Assembly (NCBI GenBank): GCA_965235115.1
Contig: OZ249436.1
Location: 55,676,001 to 55,740,000, forward strand
Direction of reading: 5' to 3'
Length of the DNA: 64,000 nucleotides
Origin: Laetmonice hystrix
Lineage: Eukaryota
Program-made: the position numbers and the translations under genes
The notes under the pieces: generated by a model
Database searches by the model: none
What the model was told of the DNA's origin: nothing
Seen by the model: only the letters and a program-made list of their open reading frames with translations
Shown here: positions 61,850-64,000 of the stretch, in pieces
Layout: each line of letters starts with the position of its first letter
Numbering within the stretch: the first letter of the stretch is position 1

Positions 61850-62101
61850 GTGGGGAAGATTTTACCAAATTATTTTATTCAACCACGTCAGTACTTCTAT
61901 ATCCTTTGTTCGATAGTTCTGCCTGATTTCTCAAAAGTACGTTTTATTTTTTTTAAGTCGATATAATCGTATGATGGGTAAGCCTATACTTTTTATAATC
62001 CTAAAGCACATGCATGTTTTGTGTGGGTGTGTTAAAGTAATTGGAGGCCCACGGGATTCGTGATAGATTTCTTTCATCCGCTTTTATCTTCCGATAAAGG
62101 C

Positions 62102-62253
62102 NNNNNNNNNNNNNNNNNNNNNNNNNNNNNNNNNNNNNNNNNNNNNNNNNNNNNNNNNNNNNNNNNNNNNNNNNNNNNNNNNNNNNNNNNNNNNNNNNNN
62201 NNNNNNNNNNNNNNNNNNNNNNNNNNNNNNNNNNNNNNNNNNNNNNNNNNNNN
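62102..62253. other. Assembly gap (152 N)
   Basis: Run of N inside GMC intron 8. Confidence 1.
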
Positions 62254-62313
62254 ATTGACTTCATTATATCCCTTTCTTTTTTTTAATACAAGATTCACGC
62301 CTCTATTTGCCAG

Positions 62314-62491
62314 GTCGAACGGGCTTTATACGGAGATTTTGAGCACACTGAGACCGTGACACTCATTGCTATGTTGTGTCGTCCGAAAAGTAGGGGTTTT
62401 GTCAGACTCGCGTCTACTGATCCCCATAGCCCACCTGTCATCGACCCAAAATACCTGGACAGTGACATCGACGTGAAAATATTAGCTGAAG
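62314..62491 (+). CDS. GMC oxidoreductase exon 9
   Basis: ..LCRPKSRGFVRLASTDPHSPPVIDPKYL..DVKILAE(G), a conserved GMC C-domain segment. Confidence 0.95.
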
Positions 62492-62645
62492 GTGACAGTC
62501 TGGGAGTCGGTTCCCCTTCCCTATTCTTGGACTTTGCCACAGGTTTAGCTTTTTATTTCCGAAATATTCGATACCAGTATCTAGTATAATCGGAAATGGT
62601 GAATACAGGTCGAGTATGGTTGTAATTTTCTTATTTCCAATTCAG

Positions 62646-62859
62646 GTGTAAGGAAAGGTATAGAGTTGTTGCAGACGAAAGCCTTTCAGGAATTGGGCGC
62701 TGAGGTGCTGAGCAGGGAACATCCGGGGTTGCAGTTCGACAGCGACACCTACTGGGAAGAGTACGTCAAACACGTGACCTTCTGTATGTCGCACTATGCT
62801 GGAACGTGTCGAATGGGGGCGCCACACGACCAGCATGCGGTTGTCGATCCTCGGCTGAG
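62646..62859 (+). CDS. GMC oxidoreductase exon 10 (catalytic His)
   Basis: ..DTYWEEYVKHVTFCMSHYAGTCRMG..AVVDPRL(R); AG|GTAAGC donor. Confidence 0.95.
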
Positions 62860-63140
62860 GTAAGCACAGGGCAAACGTACCAAGACCTGATCCATTTTGG
62901 ACGGGGGGCGAGGTTCATCGTGGAAAAGGTTTCGGAGCAGACCGGGGATGCATGGGGGAATATGAATCTCATTGCATCTAGCTGAAAGTGATCGATTTTT
63001 ATTTCGGAAATAACGGGTATTATCATAAAAAGAATAAAGTAATAAAAGTTATTATAATTATTATAATTATTATTATTATTTCCCCCTAATAAGATTTATT
63101 TAGGTTAATATATTATATATATATAATTATGTCTCCTCAG

Positions 63141-63294
63141 GGTGCGTGGCATTGTGGGACTTCGTGTGGCCGACTGTTCCATCATGCCGGAAATAACGTC
63201 CGGAAACACGCACGCACCGACCATCATGATTGCGGAAAAGGCGGCAGACATGATTCAGGCAGACTCAAGGGTCGACTCACCGGCCAGCCTGTAG
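63141..63294 (+). CDS. GMC oxidoreductase exon 11 (last)
   Basis: [50 protein letters not shown]; stop TAG at 63292-63294. Confidence 0.95.
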
Positions 63295-64000
63295 CTAACT
63301 GTTCAACATTAAGAATTCCTCACGGCAGACATGATTCGGGCAGACTCAAGGGTCGAATTACCGGCCAGCCTGTAGCTAACTGTTCAACATTAAGAATTCC
63401 TCACGGCAGACATGATTCAGGCAGACTCAAGGGTCGACTCACCGGCCAGCCTGTAGCTAACTGTTCAACATTAAGAATTCCTCACGGCAGACATGATTCA
63501 GGCAGACTCAAGGGTCGACTCACCGGCCGGCCTGTAGCTAACTGTTCAACATTAAGAATTCCTCACGGCAGACATGATTCTGGCAGACTCAAGGGTCGAC
63601 TCACCGGCCAGCCTGTAGCTAACTGTTCAACATTAAGAATTCCTCACGGCAGACATGATTCTGGCAGACTCAAGGGTCGACTCACCGGCCGGCCTGTAGC
63701 TAACTGTTCAACATTAAGAATTCCTTACGGCAGACATGATTCTGGCAGACTCAACGGTCGACTCACCGGCCAGCCTGTAGCTAACTGTTCAACATTAAGA
63801 ATTCCTCACGGCAGACATGATTCTGGCAGACTCAAGGGTCGACTCACCGGCCGGCCTGTAGCTAACTGTTCAACATTAAGAATTCCTCACGGCAGACATG
63901 ATTCTGGCAGACTCAAGGGTCGACTCACCGGCCGGCCTGTAGCTAACTGTTCAACATTAAGAATTCCTCACGGCAGACATGATTCGGGCAGACTCAAGGG
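63242..64000 (+). repeat. 81-bp tandem array derived from the GMC C-terminal codons, stop and adjacent 3'UTR; 9 full copies plus a partial one, continues past the window
   Basis: Units start at 63242, 63323, 63404, 63485, 63566, 63647, 63728, 63809, 63890 and 63971. Unit 1 is the real end of the CDS. Confidence 0.98.

Noticed and set aside
57520-62359. ORF-track entries containing long X runs
   Set aside because: These are artefacts of translating through the two N gaps.
63242-64000. CRISPR-like array (also considered for 5338-5565, 37609-37774 and 39254-39690)
   Set aside because: The units are repeated head to tail with no unique spacers, there are no cas genes, and the context is a spliced animal genome.

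Overview
Intron-containing animal (invertebrate-type) genomic DNA, about 40% GC, with two protein-coding genes on the + strand and a repeat-rich interval of about 30 kb between them. Gene 1 has CDS join(16438..18735,20207..24685), 2258 aa by my splice model, probably with two upstream non-coding exons near 7.9 kb and 10.2 kb. It is a large protein I cannot name. It has three folded-looking segments that resemble the Ski/Sno/Dachshund DNA-binding-type domain (inference), Pro/Gln-rich linkers, CtBP-type PxDLS motifs, a cryptic 11-residue repeat and an acidic tail of about 1,230 aa. Gene 2 is a complete 11-exon GMC-family FAD oxidoreductase (54925..63294, 578 aa). It has an N-myristoylation-type N-terminus, and its last 17 codons, stop and adjacent UTR are amplified into an 81-bp tandem array that runs off the window. 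The rest is transposon debris (Tc1 transposase remnant, TIR/MITE elements with clear target-site duplications, a solo LTR, LINE fragments, a 435-bp palindrome with five CRE sites), minisatellites and two assembly gaps. The palindrome TAGGCCTA is strongly enriched and clustered in non-coding DNA. I found no CRISPR, rRNA or tRNA. All coordinates, counts and alignments were made by eye, and family assignments without a named motif are inferences.
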